A stretch of DNA of 63,551 nt, filler included, from Octopus bimaculoides (taxonomy: Eukaryota): NCBI RefSeq assembly GCF_001194135.2. It is 5 parts of 4 records of this genome, joined end to end, with 100 filler letters (N's around TTAATTAATTAA, not from the genome) between each part and the next. Parts side by side here need not be neighbours in the genome. Positions count along the whole stretch, not along the records: positions 51,036 to 53,160 come from NC_068985.1; positions 53,261 to 63,551 come from NC_068988.1; 3 more parts are not named here. One strand, written 5' to 3'. Positions within the stretch are counted from its first letter, which is position 1. The number at the start of each line of letters is the position of its first letter. This document shows, one piece after another, positions 52,444 to 63,551 of the stretch. A model generated the notes under the pieces. That model was not told the DNA's origin and ran no database searches. It saw only the letters and a program-made list of their open reading frames with translations. A program made the translations under genes and the position numbers.

Positions 52444-52887
52444 TTCCCTTCTTCTTCTACATCTCCTTTCTCTTCTTTTCTTCTTCTCCTCACCTCTTCT
52501 TCTCTTCTTCTTTCTCTTCTACTTCTTTCTTTTCTTTTTCTCCTTCTTCGTTCTCTTCTTCTTTCTCTTCTACTTCTTTCTTTCCTTGTTCTCCTTTCTC
52601 TTCTTTTCTTCTTTTTCTTCTACTTCTTTTCTTCTAATTCTCCTTCTTTTTCTTCTTCTTCTTCTCCTTCCTTTTCTTCTTCTTCTTCTTCTTCTTCTTC
52701 TTCTTCTTCTCCTCCTCCTCCTCATCTTTCTTTTCTTCTTCTCCTTCTTCTTCTATTTCTACTTCTTCTTCTTTTTCTTTCTCTTCTTCTTCTTCTTCTT
52801 CTTCTTCTTCCTTTCATCTTTCTTTTCTTCTTCTCCTTCTTCTTCTATTTCTTCTCCTTCTTCTATTTCTTCTCCTTCTTCTATTTC

Positions 52888-52919
<32 letters not shown>

Positions 52920-52960
52920 CTTCTTCTTCTTCTTCTTCTTCTTCTTTTCTTCTTCTTCAC
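52444..52960. repeat. Degenerate (CTT)n polypyrimidine tract
   Basis: About 500 bp made almost entirely of C and T. Confidence 0.95.
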
Positions 52961-53260
52961 TATCACCCTCATCATGATATACTTCAATTAATAGCAGCAG
53001 CATCTCTCTTTCCGCCTAAGTCTTTCAGATTGTGGTTTCATAATATATGCCCACGCAAACTTAACAATGTGGGCAAACATGGATGCATGTACGTATATGG
53101 GCGCATACGTATATTTCTGTGTTTGTGCGTATGTGTGCGTGTGTGTGCGTGTGTGTGTGCNNNNNNNNNNNNNNNNNNNNNNNNNNNNNNNNNNNNNNNN
53201 NNNNTTAATTAATTAANNNNNNNNNNNNNNNNNNNNNNNNNNNNNNNNNNNNNNNNNNNN

Positions 53261-53296
<36 letters not shown>

Positions 53297-54579
53297 TCGC
53301 ACAGGTTAGATGATATAGGTAACATGTATGTAAATATATACATACGTACATGCATATTTATATATATGTGTATACACGTGTATAGGCATACATACATGAA
53401 TATACTGTCTATGTATATAGATAGTAAATGACGACTGGAACGTAACGTACCATTGTAACCAAGCAACACCTTCCAGATACAGGTATATATGTGTGTGTGA
53501 GTGTGTATGTGTGTGAGTGTGTGTGTGTGCGTGCGTATGTATATATTCGTATATTTATCTATGCTTCCATATATATACCTTGAGCCTCTGTGTCTTTGTG
53601 TGTAGTGTGCATGTGTATATGTGCGTTCCTGTAACCCTTAATGTGAAGTCTGTGTATCTCATAAAAACATTATTTTAAATTGTGGGAAAACGTGTTATAA
53701 GATGGTCTATCTTGGATTAGGGCTTGTTTCTCTTAGATACGTTACTGTACATGTGCTCTATGCAGATAATATTCTCCGTGATGTCTCACAATGAATACCT
53801 TTCCTCTAATTAAGGATGGGATTTCAGATGGAAGCTTTTATAAACTGAAATAAGCTTATCCAACAGACTTTCTCCTTTATAGAAATTTATCTTTCATTAG
53901 GTTTGCATTGTGTTCGAAATTTGCCGAAATTGCAAAATCTGTTTAACTCTAATGCATATTATATTTATTTTTGGATAGATTCTAGAATTATTGAACAACG
54001 TACTTGCAGTCCTAATTAAAAAATGAAAGCAAGGTAATCCAGCGACCTCAATCAGTAGATATGCTCTATGTTAGAACACTTGTTTCATATTTACTAAGCA
54101 TGAACAATATATAATATGCGTAATTGTGCAGTGTAACTGAGTGAAAAGACTTTAGAAGAATTACGAACTTCATTTCTACAACTACTTGACAAGCACTTAT
54201 CTCTTTGCTTACAAGGCTAATCGTACGTTAGGCTATAATACCTATTTAGTTATGTAGTTGCACATAAATCTCAATGAAGAACGTATATGAAATATGTTAC
54301 TTACCAAAGTATATTCACGTTACAAGGGCTCCCTGTTGGGAATTACGATCCCAAGGAAGAACTACAAGGTTTGTATTTTTATATAATAGTTTGAAATATA
54401 CTATGGATGAGGATATATAATTTGTTATCAAATGGATTCAGTCATAGCCTTGGTGTACCATTTGCTGAAACTAATTTTGTACTTTTGTTAAGCTTCGCTC
54501 GCCTGTTTATGTTTCTTTGGCAAAATAATTCGAGGGCACAAATAAGAACAAAAACACAATGTATTACTGTAATATTCTT

Positions 54580-54760
54580 TTCTACTCAAGGCAAAAGGCC
54601 CGAAATTTTTTGGGAAAGCATCAGTCAATTAAATCGACCTCAGTGCGCAACCGGTATTTAATTCATCGACCCCGAAAAGGTGAAAGGTAAAGTTGAACTC
54701 AGAACGGAAAGACAGACGAAAGACCGTTAAGTATTTCGCCCGGCATGCTAACGTTTCTGT
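54580..54760 (-). mobile_element. SINE family B copy
   Basis: aatcgacctcagtgcgcaaccggtatttaattcatcgaccccgaaaagg...tatttcgcccggcatgctaacg. Confidence 0.85.
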
Positions 54761-54890
54761 AATATTACCAACTCTCTGCATCAAACCACACGTCCTAGTA
54801 AATAACAACACACATAAACAAGACGGCGTAGCTCTCATTTGCAGTTACCAGTAAATGTCCATAATATGACGTAGAGTTGTTAATCTGGTG

Positions 54891-55008
54891 CAGGGATTCC
54901 CAAAGTGTGTTCCGCAAAACTCCGGAGTTCCCTGAAAGTTATCAGGGGTTCCACATTTTTTAAAATAATGTCGAATGATACCGCGGCAAAAAAATTATAG
55001 GAACCACT
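54891..55008. mobile_element. hAT MITE
   Basis: cagggattcccaaagtg ... taggaaccact; flanks atctggtg / atatggtt (6/8 identical). Confidence 0.6.
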
Positions 55009-55444
55009 ATATGGTTTTAAGCTTAACGTAGTCATGCCTCTGTTTGAATTCATACAGTGGTGTTTACTGGTGTTCGCCAATAGTGCCGTCTGTGAAACAC
55101 GTTTCTAACCATATAAGACGAGCGGATGACGCATGTCATTATTTTATTGGGAAATGAGTAAAATATAAACGTCACATGGGAACAACTGATCTAGCAATTA
55201 ATTGAATGTGTTTAGGCTTACAAATTCATGCCTTTTTACGAATTCAGACTGGCGTTTGCCAGTGTTCGCAAACAGTGCTGTCTGTGAAACACGTTTCTCG
55301 CCATGTGAACAAGGAGTGTATGATACATGTGTTTATTTTGCTTGAAGATATGTGCAGGCTTGCAGCATATCCTGTGCATACATTTTAGTAATGGTGATAT
55401 AGCACCCATCAACATATGTGTAGTCCTCGCTATTAAATGGTGTT

Positions 55445-55725
55445 TTACTATAAACTCCAAGGATTCCATTATAAGCGCCAAGCAATCCACCTATAGAGCA
55501 GGCCATAGTAAGGTAGCCACATTATTTTATAACAGTGTTATTTTTCGTGCAAGATAATATGGTACCATGATACACAAATGTCATCCTGTTGTTCGTGAAA
55601 TACAAGGATTGGCGTTTATACGGGCTCTGTGGAAAACACCCAATTTCTTGGCCAAAAATAGGGGTGGACTTTTACATGACTTGGCCAAAAATTGGGGGTC
55701 AACTGTTACTCGAGTACATACAGTA
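55445..55725. mobile_element. Tc2/pogo-like MITE remnant; partial second copy at 56307-56413
   Basis: The right end ggggtcaactgttactcgagtacatacagta resembles the ACTCGAGTATATACGGTA TIR type; a 107-bp internal segment is duplicated. Confidence 0.5.
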
Positions 55726-55829
55726 TTTATGTATGTGCCTGCGCGTGTGTGCCTGTTCGTGTGTGTGCCTGTGCGTGTGTGTATTTGTGTCTTTGTGTCT
55801 GTACTTTTTCCTCATTCCCCACCACCGCA

Positions 55830-55990
55830 TGTAAAAACCGACGTTGGCTTCTTTACGTCCCCGGCATCTAGCGAATATGCTAAAAGTGACTAATGGAGTA
55901 AGTACCAAGCTTAGAAATGTATAAGCAATGGAGTCGATTTGTTCAATGCAACTTTTCGTTGTGATGTCCTAGCATGGACGCAGTCTAATG
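55830..55990 (+). mobile_element. SINE family C tail fragment
   Basis: accgacgttggcttctttacgtccccg...taagtaccaagctt...gtcgatttgttc...agcatggacgcagtc. Confidence 0.6.
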
Positions 55991-57128
55991 ATGCAAGCAA
56001 ATAAATTATAAACGATTTATATTCAATTCTGAATATTTTTTGCAGCCATAATACACTACCAAATTTACTAAAGACTTACAAATCAATATCGGACCTAACC
56101 GAGTATTAGCAATGCAATATTTTCGCTTTCAGTTTATCTCTCTAGATTTGCTAGAGAATTGACATACACCACTACAAGGTAGAGAGTTTTGTAAACGAAT
56201 ACTTTAATGCAGACAATGCGATGGAAGGGAGAAAAATAGGCAAAGGCTATGAATATATATTCCAAGAGTTATTGCAGTTTCATCAGTATCACATCTCACC
56301 CATCAAATGGTACCCTGACGCACAAATGTCGTCCTGTTGTTCGTGAAATACTAGGGTCGACATTTATACGGGCTCGGTGGAAAACCCCCAATTTCTTGGC
56401 CAAAAATAGGGGTTTAAATACCAACTAAGTTTAGCGGTTTAACGCAATTGGATATACCTTTTTGAACATTAAACACTTTACTGGCAACTTTTATGTAATT
56501 TTTAATTTCTGGCAATGCCACAGTATTTCATTTTGCAACCATGGAATACAACCAATTATATTACAGATTGAGAAGCCAATATTGATGAAGGAGCAAAAGC
56601 TTTTGAAATTTACTTATGCACATATTAGTTATTTACTTTGGCTTTGATCACATTGTTTACATTGACGTATTCGCTTACGAAGCATCATATTTTCAGTTCT
56701 GACTCTGAATTCTATAGATCTAAAGAGGTAAACATAAAAGTACAGTCAGTTTTCTATAAGTAGTCGTAAGCTTGCATAATAGGGGTTTCAGTAAAGAGTA
56801 CTGCCAAGTTTAACTTATTAAAATAGTTGCATTGCTACAGGCTTCAAATGATTGCCTCGAATGAAGGAGTACATCATTTATTTTCTGACCGTTTTTTGAC
56901 TTAATCAATGCAGTAAACTCAAGCTGAAATTTCTGTGTAGTAGACCGAATACAATAATGGATAATACGTACTAATACCGTCAAGAAATATTCTGGGGGCA
57001 TATTATGTTTAGCAAATTTGCCTGAAACTATTAAACATTCGAATCCTTAATAAACCACATATTCTCCATGTTCGTTACGTCTACACTGAATATTATGCCT
57101 GAATTTATGTGCTGCAGAGATGATGTAA

Positions 57129-57129
<1 letters not shown>

Positions 57130-57199
<70 letters not shown>

Positions 57200-57211
57200 T
57201 GATGATGATGA
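57130..57211. repeat. (AAT)n(GAT)n microsatellite
   Basis: Read directly. Confidence 0.95.
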
Positions 57212-57485
57212 AGATTAAAAAGAATGAAGCACATTTCCCATTGGAGTTCGAACGTTGTCGAGTTTCGTTTGAATCTGAGTATTTTTTTTCAAGAATTTAG
57301 TCTCTGCTTCAGCTTTCTGAGTCATCTATAAATCTCGCAAATTTGTATTTTTTTAATACAAAAAAACAGATCTGTAGAAATAGAGCAATGCATAGATTTA
57401 CGTACTTATGACTCCATAAATTTAGTGTTATATATGGCTATAGTAATAGCATACGTCTAAAAATATAAAATTAAATAGTATTGCG

Positions 57486-57517
<32 letters not shown>

Positions 57518-57525
57518 GCGCGCAA

Positions 57526-57576
<51 letters not shown>

Positions 57577-59508
57577 CACACATACACGTATACGCACATA
57601 TATATGAATGAATTCGGATTTATACATATACATGCACACTCTCATTCACACACATATTTGTTATTGTACTTTTGAGGGAACCAGCAAAAGAAAACAAAAC
57701 AAGAATATATATATATATTATGAGTATGGCATCTAATTACAAACTTAGAAGGAAAACAGGAAAAAAAAAAGAGTAAACGGCTAAAACTAGTATCGTCATT
57801 AATATATATAAGCAAAACAAAGAGGAGTAGAAGTCCCACAGATACCCACCTTCACCTTTACCAAACCAAAATGACAGCTTCGATAACTAGAACTACGAGG
57901 AAATAGAAAATAATCAAAGAAACTACAAACTCGAGAAGCAACAAAGCGAACGGAGTAATATATTAGTTTGTTAAGAAACGAATCGTAAAATAAAGTAAAA
58001 AATATGACAAACGAAAAACTAAAAGATTGAAGTATTTTATATATGTTCATCATTTTTTTTTTATATAACATCGTTCTTTTGAACCGTACACACCAATTAA
58101 TTATGAAATATCTGTTGATTTCACGTTTTTTTTCTTTGGTTATAGTGTGTTGAAATATAGGAAGATGAAAGTGTTAAGACTAATAAAGGTGGTGGTAGTT
58201 CTTGCTGATTTTTTTTCTTTCATATCATAAACCAGAACAGAAAACTTTAAAGATCGTTGATAAGAACAAGAAGAAAAGAAAATTTAAACAAGAAAGATTA
58301 AATACAAAAACGCACAACCACAAAAAAATGAATAACAACGCCAATACTGACAACAATTACAGAAACAAAAGAAAAGTTAAAAAAAAAATTACTAACGTAA
58401 CTTGTAAAGAAAACACTTTCTCTAAAAGATAACAATCGAACACACGCATATACACATATATACACGCTAACGCATATGCACAAAATATTGATAAAACCTA
58501 AAGAGAAAAATTACAGAAAAAAAAAGGATAAGGTAAATGTTGAAAAAAAAAAAATTCAAATTAATATGATCAGATGTGGGATGGGGGATGCACCAAGAGA
58601 AGAATTCATTAAATATAAAGTCATATGTTTCATTAATATAAAGGATGAAATACTGGGGAAAATGTTTTGTTAGTTTGTGACAAAAAATATTATAAAACAA
58701 ATACTAGAAAAAGCGATATTTAATGTGATAAATAGAAAAAATATGTATAAAGATATTATTTGACAGCTAATATTATTAGAATAATGCGCGTTTGGTGATA
58801 TAAAATTACTGTTAATCTCTCTCTTTCTCGGTTTCTCTTATGTCTGTCCATTTGTCCACGTCTTTTTCTCTCTCTCTCTATGTTTCTTTGTACCTTCACA
58901 CGTATGTAGAGTCACACCCAACGTACGCACACACACTCACGACCTCACGGAAACAGGCACAGTCACACATACATATATGTTGGTGAGTGTACGTTTGTGT
59001 GACTGCGCGGGCGAGCAGGGATCTGTTTGTGTGTTTAGCTACTTTTAACCTGATGTGCTTATATATATATATATATATNNNNNNNNNNNNNNNNNNNNNN
59101 NNNNNNNNNNNNNNNNNNNNNNNNNNNNNNNNNNNNNNNNNNNNNNNNNNNNNNNNNNNNNNNNNNNNNNNNNNNNNNNNNNNNNNNNNNNNNNNNNNNN
59201 NNNNNNNNNNNNNNNNNNNNNNNNNNNNNNNNNNNNNNNNNNNNNNNNNNNNNNNNNNNNNNNNNNNNNNNNNNNNNNNNNNNNNNNNNNNNNNNNNNNN
59301 NNNNNNNNNNNNNNNNNNNNNNNNNNNNNNNNNNNNNNNNNNNNNNNNNNNNNNNNNNNNNNNNNNNNNNNNNNNNNNNNNNNNNNNNNNNNNNNNNNNN
59401 NNNNNNNNNNNNNNNNNNNNNNNNNNNNNNNNNNNNNNNNNNNNNNNNNNNNNNNNNNNNNNNNNNNNNNNNNNNNNATATATATACATATATATATATA
59501 CATAAAAT

Positions 59509-59896
59509 AAATATTGCATTTCTAAATCTCTCAGAGAGATTTATGCAGTAGCAGCACGATAAAGTAATGGTATGTTGCGAGCTTAATATGGCAGTCCCAT
59601 GAAAAGGAAGAATGCTACTGCAATTTAACCCCAGGAAACACTGTTTCCAGTTGGACATAACGCATTTTCTGTGTTCTTACGCTGTCAAAGGGGAGATAAG
59701 CCCCTCTACCCAGCAAAGCCAGCATCCAGAGATTAGTTTCAGACTCGTTGTTCATCGTCAGTCTGGAGTAGCATGGCTTGCCAGCTGTTGATACCTATTC
59801 ACCTTTGAAAACAGATTTCAAGTGAAATACATTCACTGATTTCGAAAACAGAAATATTACATTTCTAAATCTCTCAGGGAGATATATGCAGTAGCA
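59509..59896 (-). mobile_element. 343-bp unit bounded by 45-bp direct repeats, containing a hammerhead-like motif (retrozyme or Penelope pLTR-like)
   Basis: Direct repeats at 59509-59553 and 59852-59896 are 42/45 identical; a hammerhead-like core lies at 59725-59767. Confidence 0.5.
59725..59767 (-). ncRNA. Minimal type-I hammerhead-like motif (helix II decayed)
   Basis: TCCAGA-CTGACGA-TGAACAACGAGTCT-GAAA-CTAA-TC-TCTGGA: 6-bp helix I, intact core and a UC cleavage-site ending. Confidence 0.55.
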
Positions 59897-60159
59897 TAAT
59901 TTATTTACACCAAGGGATGATGGCTTCTGTCAGATCTAGTGGGGAAGTGTCCAATTCATTCACAATTTCAAATGACCCAATACACTATAATGTGTTCTTG
60001 CATCTCTCTTATTGGCCCTGTATTTCTCTGTCATGTTGGAAACAACGTTCGAAAGTGTTGAAGAAACAGCAAAGTTTGAGCACAGAACTGGTGGTGGCAT
60101 GTTCAACGAACAGTGCTTCAAAGCAATATCTATGACTTTAGTGCAAACAATTTGCACCA

Positions 60160-60390
60160 AAGTTGCCTTCTTTGTTGCTTACGTCCAAGACCACCATCCT
60201 ACCGTGTCCATCTTCAAATCAAGGTCTTCTGAGAGAACAGCGCAACGCCATATGATCCAGGCCGACCAGAGGGGTTTTAAAACTCTTAGCCGTCCAGACA
60301 TTGTGGTGTAAGGTCGTTGAGGAGGTGACCTTGTTTTCACGCTGCTCTCCGGCCACGAATATTTGTACAACTTATTCTTAGACTTGCCAT
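60160..60390 (-). mobile_element. L1/Tx1 ORF2 N-terminal APE endonuclease relic
   Basis: MASLRISCTNIRG..*KQGHLLNDL...GVAL...GRMVVLDVSNKEG, with stops and frameshifts. Confidence 0.75.
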
Positions 60391-60425
60391 TCTGGAAGGC
60401 GAAAAAGAAGCAAAAGAAGAGTCAA

Positions 60426-60845
60426 TCACTTACCTTTGGTTTGGGTTGATACTTTTTCGGGGCCTTCTAATATCCTTTTATCCAACAGTCTTTTGAAAAT
60501 CCCATCATGTGAGAAACGTTTCCTCAGAAAACGATACACAGTGAGAGTTGTTCTAATCAGAAATCTCCCTGCTGGGGATTTGGCAATGGTGAGAGCAAGA
60601 AAATCTTCGCCCGTTGATGTGATTGTTGTCGTTTTGGTTCTTTTTGTTTCGGCTTCCTTTGTTGCAGACCTTGTTGAATCTCTTGCTGTTGCTGAGAATG
60701 CTGTTTCATTCTTTGATGTATTTGATCTATTCCCTGTTGTTGTTGTAGCTTCTGCTGCTGCTACTATTGCTGCTACTGAGGTTGTTGGCTTGCAGCTTTG
60801 GTTTCGAAACTGGTTGCAGTGTTTTCGAGATTTGCTGCCGCGAAG
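60426..60845 (-). mobile_element. Probable L1/Tx1 ORF1 C-terminal portion (139 open codons, no ATG)
   Basis: Stop-free Thr/Ala-rich frame ending ...EGPEKVSTQTKGK*, 35 nt upstream of the ORF2 ATG on the same strand. Confidence 0.5.
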
Positions 60846-61128
60846 CTACTCAGATTCATGTGAAATGTGAGAAAAAAGTTTTGAACTCATATATTTATAT
60901 AAAGTAAATACACGTTTGTCTTTGTAACCCAACAAAATAGGTAAGATTACAAACAATGAAAGGCCGTGCTAAGAGTACACACATAACCCCCCCCCCCCAA
61001 CAAAGAGTGAATATATCACGTAATTGTTTCACTTTTATACACACAGTTATACATTCACGCATGTCAGTCGAAAAGTGAAAGTAACACTCAATGGTTTTAC
61101 ACCGCTGTATATGACATGGACCTACTAT

Positions 61129-62125
61129 TCATGTAAGTGCTTCTTCATAAACTGTGTTTTCTGTTTTGCCATGATTATCACTGAGAATGTAGAGGTTCTT
61201 TTCATCTTCAACTCTAGAACATCCAACATACAGCCCTGCTATATGAGAAGCAACGTTGAAGGAAGTTAAGTCCCGCCACCTTTAGAAATTGATCATGTGC
61301 TTTCTTAATAGACATTGCAAAGCTAAATTTGACAGGAAACTGCAGTCTCTTGAACTGAAAGGGGAGATCATTTGAGATGGAAGGTATCCTAGGAATGAAG
61401 ATATTCTCACCCATCATGTTCCCATAATGGAGAAGAGATTTCTCAACTGCACAGGAGACTTGCACATTTGTGCCTCTGTCAGAGTGGCATCCCAGTGTGC
61501 ATCATCTTCCAGAAGAACTCTGAGATGACAAGCCTGGCGATATGTTTGACATACTGTGTTATCAACCGTACGTGAGGTTGTAAATGATGTGGGCCCCTTG
61601 ACATAGTGTAATAGAAGCCTTAGATAGTAGCATTCTGAATTGTGTGTCTGATTTCTTGATTCCCGGAAGATGTGTGAGTGCTCCAAGTGCACATCTTTTC
61701 CATTTGTTTTGGTACCAGGTATAAAATTGTGAACTTCATTTTATAACAGTCTTGTAGCACATTCATCATCTTGACAGAGCTTGAAGAATGCTGTGAGTGT
61801 GGTATTTTTGGGAGCTTCCATTTGTAGTTGGAATGTGTCTGTCAGTGTGCTGTCTCTGAAATGGAGGGCAATGTTACGCTTCTCTCATGTTCTTGCCCAA
61901 CCAGGAGAATAGCTATTTCATTTGCTGTTGGCGCATTAAACCTCCCTCCATGTTGACAAGATGGTTTCTTGTCTGATCTGAAAACTGCCTTGTAATCCAT
62001 GGAGTCAGGCGGTTTTATTTCAAGTGCAGTTTTGAAGCTTCTGATCAGGTTGTTGTTGTCATGCAGTATCATTTGCAGAGACATTACAATGTTCATCCTG
62101 ATTCCGGAAATGTTCTGGCACCCAT
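61129..62125 (-). mobile_element. Helitron RepHel deletion derivative
   Basis: RFNAPTANEIAILLVG; TTLTAFFKLC; SECYYLRLLLHYVKGPTSF...LLEDDAHWDATL; PIF1 end FIPRIP...PFQFKRLQFPVKFSFAMSI...LYVGCSRV...TVYEEALT*. Confidence 0.92.
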
Positions 62126-62865
62126 AAAATATATGTGAAGGAATTTTGGCAATTCATTTGACAGAGATAGTAGAGAGTCAATCCGATGATAAATCTGACC
62201 TTCGACCTTGAAAGCTTCCATGAATCCTGGTTCAGTTATTGCCTGCATTGCCTGTTTGTTGCTTCAGTAGAAATCTACGGTTGCACAAACGCACAAAAAG
62301 GCGAAAATGAGACAAATATGAACGACTTGTTCCGAGACACCACCGAGTGGGTGAACTGTTCTAAAAAATAACCCCTAATTGTTTTCCCTCAAAATTCCTG
62401 ACCTCGAAATCTACATAGTCCAAAGTATATTTGTATATAATTTCATTAAAAGATATCCATTTTCTTGAAAGTTAAGACGAATTGAAGTGGATGCCGGTGA
62501 ATTTTCAGGAACTCCCCCACCTCCTAAATACTTACCCTCCACCAAACAAATTTCGTATATTTGACATCTACATATTAGACATAGTCGCTGAAAATTTTAT
62601 TAAAAAATATCCATGTTTCTGAAAGGTTTGATAATCTAAATTGATGTGGGGATTGGCAGAAATCTGTAGTTATGCCGACAAATTTGACACTTTCCTTCTA
62701 GGCATAGTTATATATGTATACAGAAATACACAAGTGCAGAAGATAGTAAACAATGAAAATAATTTGGTAACGGAAATTATGTTTCTTAATACGACGTGCT
62801 GTTTACAGCAGTGTTTAGAAGGAAGGTGTGTAGCGTGTGATCGACGCATTGACAATAACAGTGGA

Positions 62866-62976
62866 AATTTAGGTGTCTTCGGTCAATAAACACTCACATA
62901 CGCGATCTGCGAATCGAAACCGCGATCCTATGACTGCGAGTCCGCTGCCCTAACTACTGGGCCATTGCGCCTCCAC
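62866..62976 (-). mobile_element. SINE family A 5' head (truncated)
   Basis: Near-identical to positions 180-288. Confidence 0.85.
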
Positions 62977-63504
62977 AATGTATNNNNNNNNNNNNNNNNN
63001 NNNNNNNNNNNNNNNNNNNNNNNNNNNNNNNNNNNNNNNNNNNNNNNNNNNNNNNNNNNNNNNNNNNNNNNNNNNNNNNNNNNNNNNNNNNNNNNNNNNN
63101 NNNNNNNNNNNNNNNNNNNNNNNNNNNNNNNNNNNNNNNNNNNNNNNNNNNNNNNNNNNNNNNNNNNNNATATACATTTGACCAGCGAAGGCTGAGAGGA
63201 AAGAGTGGTAGAGGGAGAAAAAAGGGGGGGAGTAGAAAATAGGTGAGCAACGAGAGACAGGGAGGAAGCGGGAGATATACTAGTAACAGAAGGAACAACG
63301 AGATGGGGAAAGAGAGAGATATAGTAGTAACAGTAGGAAGAACGAGATGGATAAAACGATACAAAGATAGATAGAGTCGCATCAGAAAATATAAAGTTCA
63401 AAACTTACTTGGAGGGATGATGCATGCGTTCGATCATGTAATACAAATAATAATGAATATATGCATATATACGTACATGTATGTACATACCTACCTACAC
63501 ACAC

Positions 63505-63551
<47 letters not shown>

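Noticed and set aside
52367-53212. 281-aa Leu/Phe/Ser ORF
   Set aside because: Translation of a (CTT)n tract, which cannot contain stop codons.

Overview
AT-rich, microsatellite-dense eukaryotic scaffold sequence with about 18 N-gaps. The SINE families, microsatellite load and gap style suggest an octopod cephalopod such as Octopus (inference). I cannot support any intact host protein-coding gene. Nearly all long ORFs in the track are artefacts of microsatellites or N-runs. The window is mostly decayed mobile DNA: tRNA-derived SINEs of at least 4 families, RTE LINEs, L1/Tx1 LINEs, restriction-like-endonuclease (R4/Dong/NeSL-type) LINEs, Penelope-like ends, Tc1/mariner fragments, a doubly deleted Helitron, many MITEs and a retroposed 5S rRNA copy. 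The most interesting signal is three minimal type-I hammerhead-ribozyme-like motifs. One sits in a 343-bp unit bounded by 45-bp direct repeats, which resembles a retrozyme or Penelope pseudo-LTR. Also notable are an L1/Tx1 ORF1-ORF2 junction that looks like a 42-nt GT-AG intron and two related fold-back MITEs. Family assignments come from recalled motif similarity, not database searches.
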